A stretch of DNA of 32,704 bases from an uncultured archaeon (GTDB lineage: Archaea; Aenigmatarchaeota; Aenigmatarchaeia; GW2011-AR5; JAHLMP01). Position numbers and translations under genes: made by a program. Below are positions 1 to 9,474 of the stretch, piece after piece. The stretch's first letter is position 1, and each line of letters begins with the position of its first letter. The stretch is from contig CAZUUD010000002.1 of assembly GCA_964623045.1 (NCBI GenBank), positions 1-32,704 on the forward strand, written 5' to 3'. The notes below the pieces were generated by a model, which searched no databases, was not told the origin of the DNA, and saw nothing but the letters and a program-made list of their open reading frames with translations.

Positions 1-1
1 A

Positions 2-637
2 ATGCGTTTGAAGAGGAAGATAGAAGAAAAATTTCCACAGTTTCTACATGATATAACTGGAGCAATAGAAACTGGTATGACGTTACCTCAGGCTTTCAGA
101 GCAGTAAAACACAACGATTATGGCCCTCTCTCTAGGTACGTAAAGGAAATGAGTGCAAAACTCGATTGGGGTATAAGTTTTGAGAGAGTCCTGAGAGATT
201 TTGCAGAGAAGGTGGGTTCTCCTGTGATAAAACGTAGTATCGAAGCCATAATAGAGATTCATAGAAGTGGAGGTTACATAGCCACCATCCTAGAGGCAGT
301 TGCGGAATCCCAAACCATGATAGAAAGGATTAAGAAGGAGCGTGCAGCAAGCGTTTATTCTCAAATGATAAATGGCTATGTGATCTTCTTCGTGTTCCTA
401 GGTGTGATGTTCGGTATGTCCCATTTCCTAATTCCAGCCTTTCAATGGGAAGCTACTGGAGGAGCTGCTGGATTGGCTGAGGTATATTCGCAACTATTCA
501 GAAATCTAATCGTAATTCAAGGTGCTTTTGCTGGACTAGCCATAGGAAAGATGTCCGAAGGTAGTATCTTCGCAGGAATCAAACACTCGCTCGTGTTGGT
601 ATCGATAGGATATACTATCTTCACTTTGCTTGGCTAG
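2..637 (+). CDS. FlaJ/ArlJ/TadC-like type IV pilus/archaellum membrane platform protein, C-terminal fragment (gene runs off the 5' edge)
   Basis: The ORF is open to the window edge. It has a soluble T2SSF/GspF-type helical repeat (LDWGISFERVLRDFAEKVGSPVIKRSIEAIIEIHRSGG) followed by several hydrophobic helices, the typical second half of FlaJ/TadC proteins. Confidence 0.7.
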   Translation: MRLKRKIEEKFPQFLHDITGAIETGMTLPQAFRAVKHNDYGPLSRYVKEMSAKLDWGISFERVLRDFAEKVGSPVIKRSIEAIIEIHRSGGYIATILEAVAESQTMIERIKKERAASVYSQMINGYVIFFVFLGVMFGMSHFLIPAFQWEATGGAAGLAEVYSQLFRNLIVIQGAFAGLAIGKMSEGSIFAGIKHSLVLVSIGYTIFTLLG

Positions 638-1784
638 AGCGCTTCAATCGCTCCAATTTCTCCACATCCAATTTCAATTCTACCATTCCCGTACCTACGG
701 GAACTACCCGATTCAACATGACGTTCTCGAATACGCCACGCAATCTATCAACACTACCCATGATTGCAGCATTTCGCAGGTGTTTTTTGGTTTCCTCGAA
801 ATTGGCCCTAGCCAGTACGCTTGGCTTCCTACCTGCTACACCATACCTTCCTATCGGTCTTGGCACACCATCTACGCACATCAGGTCTGCTACCAACATG
901 AGATGTCTTATATCTACGTCTAATCCCTGCTCGTCTAGTGTTCGTTTGGCTTCCCTTAGAATAGCATTCCTTGCGGCCTCTATGCCAAGCGTTTCGTAGA
1001 TCTGTCTTATATCATCGGTCGTCGTCCTCCTAACGTCTACCCTAGGATCTGAGAGTATCTCCTTTAGATTGCTTCCCGTGGTCTGAATGACCCAGTCATC
1101 TCCTTCCCTAACTACTATGACGCGCTTGATCCCTTCAACACCACCGATCCTCATGGAAAGAACCCGTTGCTTAAGGGTGCGTAGTGTTTTTATATCGACT
1201 TGTCGTGGCTTGAGAATCAGTTTCTTCCCTTTTTTCATGACTTTCCCATATCGCTTCAATTTCTCAGCTGCGGCTTCCAGATCTCCTCTTCTTCTAAACT
1301 CGAATTCTAGTTGCATGTTAAGCAAATCAAGTGTACTCGAGAATATAACATCACCTATCTTTCTTTCCTTTATCTCCATAGCAAACTTCTTGGCATGCTC
1401 CTTGTCGTTATACTCGGGTTTTAGATAGATCTTCATGGACTTATCGAAGGTCTGTCGTAGGTCGAAGATCTCTATCAACCTAGGCAGGCCTTGAACTACC
1501 TTAGTTATACTTCCCACTAGACTAGCAAGGGTGTAGCTTCGCATTGTCATCTGGGTGGCGGGTTCGCTTATGGATTGTGCAGCAACTATCCCTATTGCCT
1601 CGCCTGGTTCGTAAGCATATCTCTCTATGAATCTTTGCTTGAGTTTTTCAAGTAACTCTTCTTTCTTCTTTCCTTTGATCCCTTTCTTTCTACAAATTCG
1701 CTCGAATTCCTCCATTAAGGCTGGTGGTAACTCTGGTAGTCTTGTTGGTTTTTTCAACTTGAGTTCAAGCTTTTGCTCGCTCAT
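621..1784 (-). CDS. rpoA2: DNA-directed RNA polymerase subunit A'' (Rpo1C)
   Basis: 387 aa with a trigger-loop/cleft region typical of archaeal A'' (AAQSISEPATQMTMRSY, NFEETKKHL). ATGA overlap with the rpoA1 stop, and a GAGGTGGA SD upstream. Confidence 0.95.
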   Translation of the reverse strand: MSEQKLELKLKKPTRLPELPPALMEEFERICRKKGIKGKKKEELLEKLKQRFIERYAYEPGEAIGIVAAQSISEPATQMTMRSYTLASLVGSITKVVQGLPRLIEIFDLRQTFDKSMKIYLKPEYNDKEHAKKFAMEIKERKIGDVIFSSTLDLLNMQLEFEFRRRGDLEAAAEKLKRYGKVMKKGKKLILKPRQVDIKTLRTLKQRVLSMRIGGVEGIKRVIVVREGDDWVIQTTGSNLKEILSDPRVDVRRTTTDDIRQIYETLGIEAARNAILREAKRTLDEQGLDVDIRHLMLVADLMCVDGVPRPIGRYGVAGRKPSVLARANFEETKKHLRNAAIMGSVDRLRGVFENVMLNRVVPVGTGMVELKLDVEKLERLKRSSQAK

Positions 1785-4285
1785 ACTTCCACCTCAAGTT
1801 CGAGGTTAACACTCCCCATATCGCTCTTAGCGGGATCGACGAAGTCTTCACCGGGAGCAAACTGGATTATAACACCGCGAGAATCGCGAACGGTGTAGTC
1901 TGCCTCAACCTTCACATCTTGCAAAGCGTTCACGAGCCTTCGTTCCATGTAACCACTATGTCTAGTTTGCAGGCTCTTATCCATGAGGTTCTCCCTACTC
2001 GCTGCTGCATCGAAGAAGAATCCGATTGGATCGAGACCCTCCTTATATCCAGTAGCAACGAAACCATGAGCTTCTAAGGAATTATCTCCCCTTTCGAAAT
2101 GTGATGTAGTTCGTTGAGCATAGCCGCGTTTTATCAGCTCTCCCATCAACACCTTCTGGCCCACGAGACCCGAGATTTGAGTAAGTGAGACGTAGCTTCC
2201 CCTAGCTCCAGACCTTATCATGTGAACTATGTTGTTCTCAGGAACACTTCGTTTTACTATCTCACTGCATCTGTTTACTATTTCATTAGCTATCCTCAGT
2301 AACGTCCTATCTCTTTCTTCTTCATCCCTTATATGCTGGGCAGACTTCCTCGCTTCTTCACTCAGCTCTTCGTAGATCTTCCTTATCCGATCTACGCTGT
2401 TCTTACTTATGTCACATTCGCTTATGCTGATGCTAAATCCTCTTTCCGTGAGGTAGTGAAGAGCTAGTTTCGAGATGGCATCGAGGAACTCCCGAGCTTT
2501 TGAGCATCCAAACTGTTTTTCGATTCTGTTGAGTAGTTTACCCTTCTTCTCTCCTAGAGCAGCCTCATCGATCACACCTTTCACTAGTTTACCGTTCTTT
2601 ATTACCACATAGGCATCGTACTCACACTCCTCTTTTTTACATCGTGCACAACCCACACAGCAGCTTGCCTTAAATTCCAGGTTCAACCCCTTGGGTAAGA
2701 GGAGTGAAATAACTTCCTTACCACTCATCGTCTCCTTGAGTTCGTCGCTGTGTTCCAAGACCCAATCATAGCCGAGCGCATGGGTAAGTAACCTCACCAC
2801 CTTCTCCTTAGGTAGCTTCTCTTCTTTGGAAAGGAGATAACAACCACTTATGTGATCATGCTTACAAGCTATGATCGGTGCACCATATCTGGGAGATCTT
2901 ATGTTCTTCTCCACGAGCATAAGTAGTTCTGCTTCTACTCTGGCCTCCTCTGTCTGAGGTACGTGGAGGTTCATCTCATCTCCATCGAAGTCGGCATTGT
3001 AAGGAATAGTTGCACACAGATTGAGAGTGAAAGTCCTGTAAGGAATCACACGAACTCTATGTGCCATCATACTCATTCGATGGAGTGAAGGCTGACGATT
3101 GAATATGACTACATCTCCATCTACTAGATGTCGCTCGACCACATATCCTGGTGTCAATTCCTTTGCCAACTCTTCCTTGTTCTCATCAGTTACTCGCTTT
3201 CTAACACCATCTGGTCTAATTATGTAGTTAGCACCAGGATAAGTCTCGCCATTGAGAACATAGCGCCTTAACTCCTCGAGATTGAATTGGGTTACTCTTT
3301 CCGCAACGGTGAGTTCCTTTGCGATCTCCAATGGAACTCCTACTTCGTTTATACTTATCATAGTATCGGGTGCTATGACAGTTCTTGCGCTGAAATTCAC
3401 CCGTTTGCCGGTGAGATTACCTCTGAATCTACCCTCCTTCTTCTGCAAACGCTGAACAAGAGTTTTAAGTGCCCTTCCTGAACGATGTCTAGCCGGTGGA
3501 ATGTTGCCTATCTCATTGTCGATATAGGTCGTTACGTGGTACTGGAGTAATTCCCATATGTCATCTATTATGAAATCGGGTGCACCAAGCTCTATGTTAC
3601 GCTTGAGCCGTTCATTGATTCTTACTATATCCACTAGCTTATGAGTGAGGTCGTCTTCGCTTCTTCCACCAGTTTCCAAGGTGATACTAGGCCTTACGGT
3701 AACGGGAGGAACGGGAAGGATCGTTATTATCATCCACTCTGGCCTACCTCCCTTGAAACGAAGCAATGGCAGGTCTTCGTCTCTTATTCTTTCTAGTCTC
3801 TCTCTGATTTCTTCAGGATTGAGTCTCTTGTTTCCTTCTCTAAACGTCGTTGGTTTCTCGTAGGTTATCTCTTTCTGTTCAGCACCGCAGTATTTACATT
3901 TCTTAGAAACCCGTTTTAGTACCTCACTGAGCTTCTTCGCCCGCTTCAAATCTTCCTCCTCCACTAGCAAACGGCCACAGTTCCTACAGGTAAGCTTTAG
4001 CAACTGATAGATCTTCGAAGCGAAGAGTGGGTTGATCACAGGTTTCACTAACTGAACATAACCGAAGTGACCAAAGCATTGTCCTATCTTTCCTCCGCAG
4101 ACTCTACACCTGAGTCCTGGATCTATAACTCCTAGTCGAAGGTCCGAGAGACCTCCTTCAATTGGAAAACCGTCAGTATCATAGAGTTCTGGTATAGTGA
4201 TCTCAACTGTAGCCATCTCTTTTATCGTCTGTGGGGATAGCAGTTTGAATTCAATCGCCTTCACATCTCCGAGTTTCTCCACCAT
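1781..4285 (-). CDS. rpoA1: DNA-directed RNA polymerase subunit A' (Rpo1N)
   Basis: 834 aa. N-terminal zinc motifs (CRVCGGKIGQCFGHFG, CRNCGRLL), the catalytic NADFDGDEMN motif, and FNRQPSLHRMSMMAH. GGTGA SD upstream. Confidence 0.97.
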   Translation of the reverse strand: MVEKLGDVKAIEFKLLSPQTIKEMATVEITIPELYDTDGFPIEGGLSDLRLGVIDPGLRCRVCGGKIGQCFGHFGYVQLVKPVINPLFASKIYQLLKLTCRNCGRLLVEEEDLKRAKKLSEVLKRVSKKCKYCGAEQKEITYEKPTTFREGNKRLNPEEIRERLERIRDEDLPLLRFKGGRPEWMIITILPVPPVTVRPSITLETGGRSEDDLTHKLVDIVRINERLKRNIELGAPDFIIDDIWELLQYHVTTYIDNEIGNIPPARHRSGRALKTLVQRLQKKEGRFRGNLTGKRVNFSARTVIAPDTMISINEVGVPLEIAKELTVAERVTQFNLEELRRYVLNGETYPGANYIIRPDGVRKRVTDENKEELAKELTPGYVVERHLVDGDVVIFNRQPSLHRMSMMAHRVRVIPYRTFTLNLCATIPYNADFDGDEMNLHVPQTEEARVEAELLMLVEKNIRSPRYGAPIIACKHDHISGCYLLSKEEKLPKEKVVRLLTHALGYDWVLEHSDELKETMSGKEVISLLLPKGLNLEFKASCCVGCARCKKEECEYDAYVVIKNGKLVKGVIDEAALGEKKGKLLNRIEKQFGCSKAREFLDAISKLALHYLTERGFSISISECDISKNSVDRIRKIYEELSEEARKSAQHIRDEEERDRTLLRIANEIVNRCSEIVKRSVPENNIVHMIRSGARGSYVSLTQISGLVGQKVLMGELIKRGYAQRTTSHFERGDNSLEAHGFVATGYKEGLDPIGFFFDAAASRENLMDKSLQTRHSGYMERRLVNALQDVKVEADYTVRDSRGVIIQFAPGEDFVDPAKSDMGSVNLELEVEV

Positions 4286-4293
4286 CTCATCAC

Positions 4294-7200
4294 CTATTCT
4301 TCTTCGACTACCAAACGTGGATAGATTCCCATACTCTTGAGCTCATTGAGCATGAGAAGGAAGGCATAGGAAGTCTCTATCCATACTACATCACCCCGTT
4401 TACAGATAGGACAATATACTCTTCCTTTCGTGTAATCTATCGTAGCTACCACACCACATCGCTTACAAATTGGAACTGTAGTGGAATCGCTTGAGAACCT
4501 CTCTTTCAATAACATGGCTGCACCGTGGGCAATGAGGCAATCCTTTTCCATTTCTCCCATTCTCAGCCCTCCTTGCTTTGCTCTTCCTTCAGTAGGTTGC
4601 TTAGTTAGGAGCGTAACAGGACCGCGTGCCCTTGCCTGGATCTTATTAGCAACCATGTGATGGAGCTTCTGATAATAACATGGTCCTATGAAGATCGTAC
4701 CTTCGAGGAGTTCTCCTGTGATCCCATTAATCATGGCCTCTTTTCCATCTTCTCTAAACCCTAGTTCTTTGAGCTTCCTTCGAAGGTATTCTTCTGGTGT
4801 TTCATTAAATGTCGTGCCATCAACTTCCTCACAACTTAAAGCAGCCACTTTACCGGCTAGTAACTCTAGGAGTTGACCTATCGTCATTCTACTGGGAATG
4901 GCGTGAGGATTGAAGATTATATCTGGTCTCACGCCATCTGCAGTGAATGGCATGTCCTCTTCGGGAACTATGAGACCTATGACGCCCTTTTGACCGTGTC
5001 TAGTTGCAAGCTTATCACCTATCTCAGTTTTCCTAGTCTCTCTAACTACCACTTTAACTAGCTTATTACCATCGCTAGTCTCGGTTATGTAGACCTTCTC
5101 CACTATTCCTTGCTCTCCGTGTCTTAGAGTAACGCTTGCATCACGTTTGTTTTGGGTCTCGAGAATGAAGCGCTCAACAGGACCATAGAAGCGTAAGGGC
5201 GATACTTTTCCTATTAACACCTCATCCTCTTTCACTTCAACTTCTGGAGAAATAATACCATCCTTATCCAATTTAGCATAGGTTTCTTCGAACTTGTAAC
5301 CCCGCACGTCTTTAGTAGGAATCCTTATCTCATCCCTTTCTATTCCCCAGTAACGTTTCTCCTCCGTTTCATAGGTTCTGAAGAAGATACTTCTAAATAG
5401 GCCTCGTTCCAATGAGGCCTTGTTGATTATCAAGGCATCCTCCATGTTATAGCCGAGGAAGCTCATCACGGCCACTACTACGTTTTGACCCTGAGGATGG
5501 GTATCGAAGCCTAAGTGTTTCCACATGGCTGTTTTCACTAGTGGAAGCTGAGGATAGACTAATATATCGCTCTTACTTTCGCATCGCTTCAGGAAGTTAA
5601 GGGCATAGATACCTAGCGATTGTCCTATCATCTTGGCCCCTATGCTCACTCTGTCTCCACGGTTGTGGTTAGCAAATGGTACGAGTGCAGCGCTGGTTCC
5701 TAACATGAAGTAGGGATTTATCTCCATGTGAGTGAAGTTAAGCTTTCTGATCTTCAGGTCGGCCTCATTAAGTGCTACTAGAGCCTCTTCTTCCTCTTCG
5801 GCATCCAGATATTCGATTATTCCTTGCTTGATTAGATCTTGCCATTTCAGCTTTCCTTCCTTCAAGGCCTCCAGATGTTTTTCCGTGAGTTTAGGTTTGT
5901 TATTCTCTATTACTATGAGAGGACGCATCAATCTTCCAGCATCCCAATGGATTCTAACTTCGTTTAGATTCGTATCATAAGCACATGTGATTTGCCAACT
6001 AATCAGTCCCATTCTACGTTTCTCCCTTATCTCCTTCACGAGGTCTTTTGGCTGGTAAGTAAAACCAACTATCCTACCCCCTGCTATCACAGGAGTTGCT
6101 TTCCTTTCTTCAACCAAGTATTTCTTTACTATCTGCATCACCGTATCTATCTCACGTGGCGATGCAGAAGTGGAGATCATAGCAAGAGATGCTAAGTATT
6201 TCCTTAGGCCTATATTGACACCTTCAGGAGTTTCTTCTGCACAGAGCCTACCGAACTGAGTAGGATGTAGACTTCTTGCTTCGAAGTGCTCTTGGGTAGA
6301 AGAGAGGGGCGACATTACGTTGCGAAGGTGTGCTATCATCCTAACTATGTTAGATCGTTCTAATCTCTGGCAAATACCAGTTAGACCCCCTACCCACTGA
6401 CCCGTGGCCATATGGGAGGTTATTCGTTTAGTAAAGTACTCACTCTCTATGATGGATTGGAGGTTAGCTAGTTTACCGCGTTTGGTCATTTGTTGATATC
6501 TGTAGATTATCCTTGCTATTAGTCCGTATTTCCCTAGGAGAATAGAACGAAAGAGGACCTCAAGAAAATCTCCCACACATCTTATGCGTTTGTTAGCGTA
6601 GTGATCTATATCTTGAGGTTTTATGTAACCATAAGCCAATCTAAGTAACTTTCCCATGGTGTAGCAGAGGAAGTAGGCTTTTTCCATCCTATGCTTCTTA
6701 TCCTGTCCTAAGTGAGGAAGTAGGTACCGATCTAATATTTCATTTATGTGGGTCATCTTAGCGTGAGTTATGTGAAGTTTCTTAGCCATGTAATCTTTCG
6801 CTTCGCCCACCTCCCTTACTGGAAATTCCGTGAAGTTGTAGAACAAATCTTCCTCCATCTCCGGAGTTGGCTGGATTGCCTCTAGAATGTCTCTATCTTT
6901 TTCCATTCCTAGTGCGCGAAGCAAGACTATGAGTGGAAACTTCTTCACGTTGGCAAAGGATATGTAGAATATTCCGCCTCTCCTTTCAATCAAGTGCATT
7001 TGGATAAATCCAGAAACCTCGCTATTAATCCTCGCGGTCTCCACATCTCCTCTTCGCTCCACGACTACTAGATTCGGCGCAAGCTCTTCACTCATCACCA
7101 TGACACGCTCGGTTCCGTTTATTATGAAGTATCCTCCCGGATCATAGGGATCCTCTCCCATTCGAATGAGTTCCTCCTCACTCTTTCCTTTGAGTACGCA

Positions 7201-7563
7201 AAGATCCGATTTCACCATCACCGGCAGATCTCCTAACTTTGCTTCCTTTCTTTCTTGTTCGATTCCGTTGATCACAGGAATTATTTCTAGATAAATCGGA
7301 GCTGCGTAGGTGAGATTCCTTACCCTTGCTTCCATTGGTGTTATCTCCCTCGTTGCACCATCTGCCTCCTTTATGCTAGGTTTGCCTACCCAAACCTTAC
7401 CCAAGCGAAGAATGAACTCTCCTGCTTCAGTTTCCAGGGGGATCTCTCCTATCTCATCTATTATCCTCTGTAATCTATAATTTACGAACTCGTTATATGA
7501 ATTTATTTGATGCTCTACAAAACCGACGTCACGAGCAAATGCCTCTAAGAGTGTACGATACAT
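4294..7563 (-). CDS. rpoB: DNA-directed RNA polymerase subunit B (unsplit Rpo2)
   Basis: Conserved motifs include GDKLATRHGQKGV, RMTIGQLLE, LRMGEMEKDCLIAHGA and a C-terminal Zn ribbon (CKRCG...CPICK). The ORF-track start at 7584 is TTG. The ATG at 7563 has a GAGGTG SD 7 nt upstream and begins MYRTLLEAF. Confidence 0.96.
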   Translation of the reverse strand: MYRTLLEAFARDVGFVEHQINSYNEFVNYRLQRIIDEIGEIPLETEAGEFILRLGKVWVGKPSIKEADGATREITPMEARVRNLTYAAPIYLEIIPVINGIEQERKEAKLGDLPVMVKSDLCVLKGKSEEELIRMGEDPYDPGGYFIINGTERVMVMSEELAPNLVVVERRGDVETARINSEVSGFIQMHLIERRGGIFYISFANVKKFPLIVLLRALGMEKDRDILEAIQPTPEMEEDLFYNFTEFPVREVGEAKDYMAKKLHITHAKMTHINEILDRYLLPHLGQDKKHRMEKAYFLCYTMGKLLRLAYGYIKPQDIDHYANKRIRCVGDFLEVLFRSILLGKYGLIARIIYRYQQMTKRGKLANLQSIIESEYFTKRITSHMATGQWVGGLTGICQRLERSNIVRMIAHLRNVMSPLSSTQEHFEARSLHPTQFGRLCAEETPEGVNIGLRKYLASLAMISTSASPREIDTVMQIVKKYLVEERKATPVIAGGRIVGFTYQPKDLVKEIREKRRMGLISWQITCAYDTNLNEVRIHWDAGRLMRPLIVIENNKPKLTEKHLEALKEGKLKWQDLIKQGIIEYLDAEEEEEALVALNEADLKIRKLNFTHMEINPYFMLGTSAALVPFANHNRGDRVSIGAKMIGQSLGIYALNFLKRCESKSDILVYPQLPLVKTAMWKHLGFDTHPQGQNVVVAVMSFLGYNMEDALIINKASLERGLFRSIFFRTYETEEKRYWGIERDEIRIPTKDVRGYKFEETYAKLDKDGIISPEVEVKEDEVLIGKVSPLRFYGPVERFILETQNKRDASVTLRHGEQGIVEKVYITETSDGNKLVKVVVRETRKTEIGDKLATRHGQKGVIGLIVPEEDMPFTADGVRPDIIFNPHAIPSRMTIGQLLELLAGKVAALSCEEVDGTTFNETPEEYLRRKLKELGFREDGKEAMINGITGELLEGTIFIGPCYYQKLHHMVANKIQARARGPVTLLTKQPTEGRAKQGGLRMGEMEKDCLIAHGAAMLLKERFSSDSTTVPICKRCGVVATIDYTKGRVYCPICKRGDVVWIETSYAFLLMLNELKSMGIYPRLVVEEE

Positions 7564-7573
7564 AGTAACACCT

Positions 7574-7816
7574 CTACTCGACAACTAACCTATAGTAATA
7601 ACTCACCCCGGCCGTGGGAGAACATCGGGTAATTTTAATTATGTCTCCCGGTTTTGCCCCGATTGCACGAGCTGCAGGATCCGAAGCTAGTATCTTCGGT
7701 AATTGTCTAGGTGATATGTTAAATTTGGCTAGAAGTTCTTGTTTCTCTTCCTCACTAAGGATTTCGTGTTTAGGAACTAGTTCATTCTCAAAGATATCGA
7801 ATTTTATCTTCTTCAA
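7574..7816 (-). CDS. rpoH: DNA-directed RNA polymerase subunit H (Rpo5)
   Basis: Canonical [19 protein letters not shown]...[26 protein letters not shown]...YYRLVV. The frame has no in-frame ATG. The TTG at 7816 is preceded by a GGGGTG SD at 7-nt spacing and gives a normal-length N-terminus; the TTG at 7831 is the alternative. Confidence 0.88.
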   Translation of the reverse strand: MKKIKFDIFENELVPKHEILSEEEKQELLAKFNISPRQLPKILASDPAARAIGAKPGDIIKITRCSPTAGVSYYYRLVVE

Positions 7817-7864
7817 TGAATAACACCCCAAAGTATAGGCCTGAAAGAATTTATCATCAAAAAG

Positions 7865-7873
7865 TATTTAAAA
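7865..7873 (-). promoter_or_regulatory. TATA-box candidate for the rpoH-rpoB-rpoA operon
   Basis: tatttaaaa (minus-strand TTTTAAATA) about 50 nt upstream of the proposed rpoH start, with purine-rich BRE-like flanks. Position fits a roughly 25-nt leader containing the SD. Confidence 0.4.
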
Positions 7874-7997
7874 CTTACTTCGACAAAGGTCGAAGTAAAG
7901 ACCAACTGTATGGTCCCGTTCTATAAAAATTTAAACCAAACGGGAACTTAGACGGAGTCGAAACCACTAAAGATTTTGCCTTAACTATGGTGATCTC

Positions 7998-9404
7998 ATG
8001 AAAGAAGGAAATCAAAAGGGCAACGATAAGACTTCAGAAGCAATTATCTCGCTTAAGAGGGTCTACGAAAATCCTTTCTCTCGTTACTTAATCAGATATT
8101 TCGCAAAGAGAGTCAAAGTCGATAAGGCTCTAGAAGTGTACTGCGGTCTAAGGAGGCCGAAGGGAATAAGGGAAAAAGTAGGTGCTTTCGTAGTAAGTCT
8201 TGCTATTAACAAAGGTGCCGAGGTCTTCGGTAGCAAGAAAGAGGACTTCATAGACTACTTTAAGAAATCAGTTCCAAGAAGGGGGTTAAGTCTCGTTCTA
8301 AGAAGCGTAGCAGAGTATGGGGTAACTAGGCCACAGAAACTAGTAGCTCCTTTTCTCGTAGTTTGGGATTTCACCAGGAGATGTAATCTGAGATGTAAGC
8401 ATTGTTATGCTGATGCAGGAAAACCGGCTCCTGATGAGCTAACGACGGAACAAGCAAAGGAGGTGGTAGAACAACTAGATAGGGCAGGAGTAGTTGCCGT
8501 GGCCCTTTCTGGAGGGGAGCCGACACTGAGAGATGATTTTCTCGAAATAGTGAGTTATATTCACGAAAGAGGTATGTACGTAAGCGTTGCATCCAACGGA
8601 ACGTTGATAACGAAGAGACTTGCAAGACAGATGAAAAAGGCGGGAGTGGGTTACGTAGAGATAAGTTTAGATCATACTAATCCCAAGATTCATGACGAGT
8701 TCAGGGGTGTTGAAGGTGCTTGGCAAAGGGCGGTCGAGGGAATAAAGAACTGCGTGAAAGCTGGCATCACTACTGGCATTGCTACTACAGTTACGAAGTA
8801 TAACTACGACGATATACCAAAGATGATCGAGCTTGCAAAACGACTAGGAGTTCATAAATTCATCGCATTCAATTTCGTTCCGACAAGACGAGGAAAAAAG
8901 ATAGTAAATACGGATATAAGTCCTGAAGAGAGGGAGAAGCTACTGAACTTTCTCTATGATAAGCTAGTGGAACCTAATGGTCTCGAGGTATTCTCTACCT
9001 GCCCCGCCTATGCGAGGATCAGCCTCGAAAGAGCAAATGCAAATGGAGGGGGAAGCATAGCTCCAACACATTTTGCAGCCGTAGAGTTGAAGGGAAAGGC
9101 AATGGCCCTAGCTGATTTTATTGGTGGTTGTGGTGCTGGTAGAAATTATTGTTCTATCGAGTATAATGGTGATATTCAGCCTTGTGTATTCATACCAATC
9201 AAAGTTGGTAACATCCTTAAAGATGGTTTTGAAAACGTTTGGAGAAATTCAGAAGTACTACAGAAGCTACGAGATAGGGAGCTTCTCAAGGGTGAGTGTG
9301 GTCAGTGTAAGTACAAATATGTATGCGGTGGCTGCAGGGCGAGAGCATATGCTTACACTGGCGATTATCTAGCTTCTGATCCTGGATGTGTTATCGTAAC
9401 TTAG
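7998..9404 (+). CDS. Radical SAM enzyme with C-terminal SPASM domain (AhbD/NirJ/PqqE-like maturase class, substrate unknown)
   Basis: CNLRCKHCY radical-SAM CX3CX2C motif, a GGEP SAM-binding motif, and a C-terminal Cys cluster CGAGRNYC...C...CGQCKYKYVCGGCRARAY...C typical of SPASM auxiliary Fe-S sites. About 120 aa of N-terminal extension. GGTGA SD 4 nt before the ATG. Confidence 0.85.
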   Translation: MKEGNQKGNDKTSEAIISLKRVYENPFSRYLIRYFAKRVKVDKALEVYCGLRRPKGIREKVGAFVVSLAINKGAEVFGSKKEDFIDYFKKSVPRRGLSLVLRSVAEYGVTRPQKLVAPFLVVWDFTRRCNLRCKHCYADAGKPAPDELTTEQAKEVVEQLDRAGVVAVALSGGEPTLRDDFLEIVSYIHERGMYVSVASNGTLITKRLARQMKKAGVGYVEISLDHTNPKIHDEFRGVEGAWQRAVEGIKNCVKAGITTGIATTVTKYNYDDIPKMIELAKRLGVHKFIAFNFVPTRRGKKIVNTDISPEEREKLLNFLYDKLVEPNGLEVFSTCPAYARISLERANANGGGSIAPTHFAAVELKGKAMALADFIGGCGAGRNYCSIEYNGDIQPCVFIPIKVGNILKDGFENVWRNSEVLQKLRDRELLKGECGQCKYKYVCGGCRARAYAYTGDYLASDPGCVIVT

Positions 9405-9474
9405 TAAAGGATCGATATCAAAGAGAATTCTCCATTTACTTAAAATTTCCCAGTTAACTAAGTTCGTGATTGAA

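Noticed and set aside
1087-7823. Numerous 60-113-aa plus-strand ORFs inside rpoA2, rpoA1, rpoB and rpoH (for example 1087-1428, 3645-3863, 5732-5980, 7614-7823).
   Set aside because: All are antisense to strongly conserved RNAP genes. They are Ser/Leu/Phe-rich low-complexity translations and lack SD motifs. I treat them as shadow ORFs.
7878-7945. Two small hairpins in the rpoH/radical-SAM spacer (cttcgac-aaag-gtcgaag at 7878-7895, and tcccgtt...aacggga at 7914-7945), considered as a possible tRNA or sRNA.
   Set aside because: They are too short, with no tRNA cloverleaf or T-loop consensus. The second loop simply contains an AT-rich TATA-like element. They are probably promoter-region structure of no demonstrable function.
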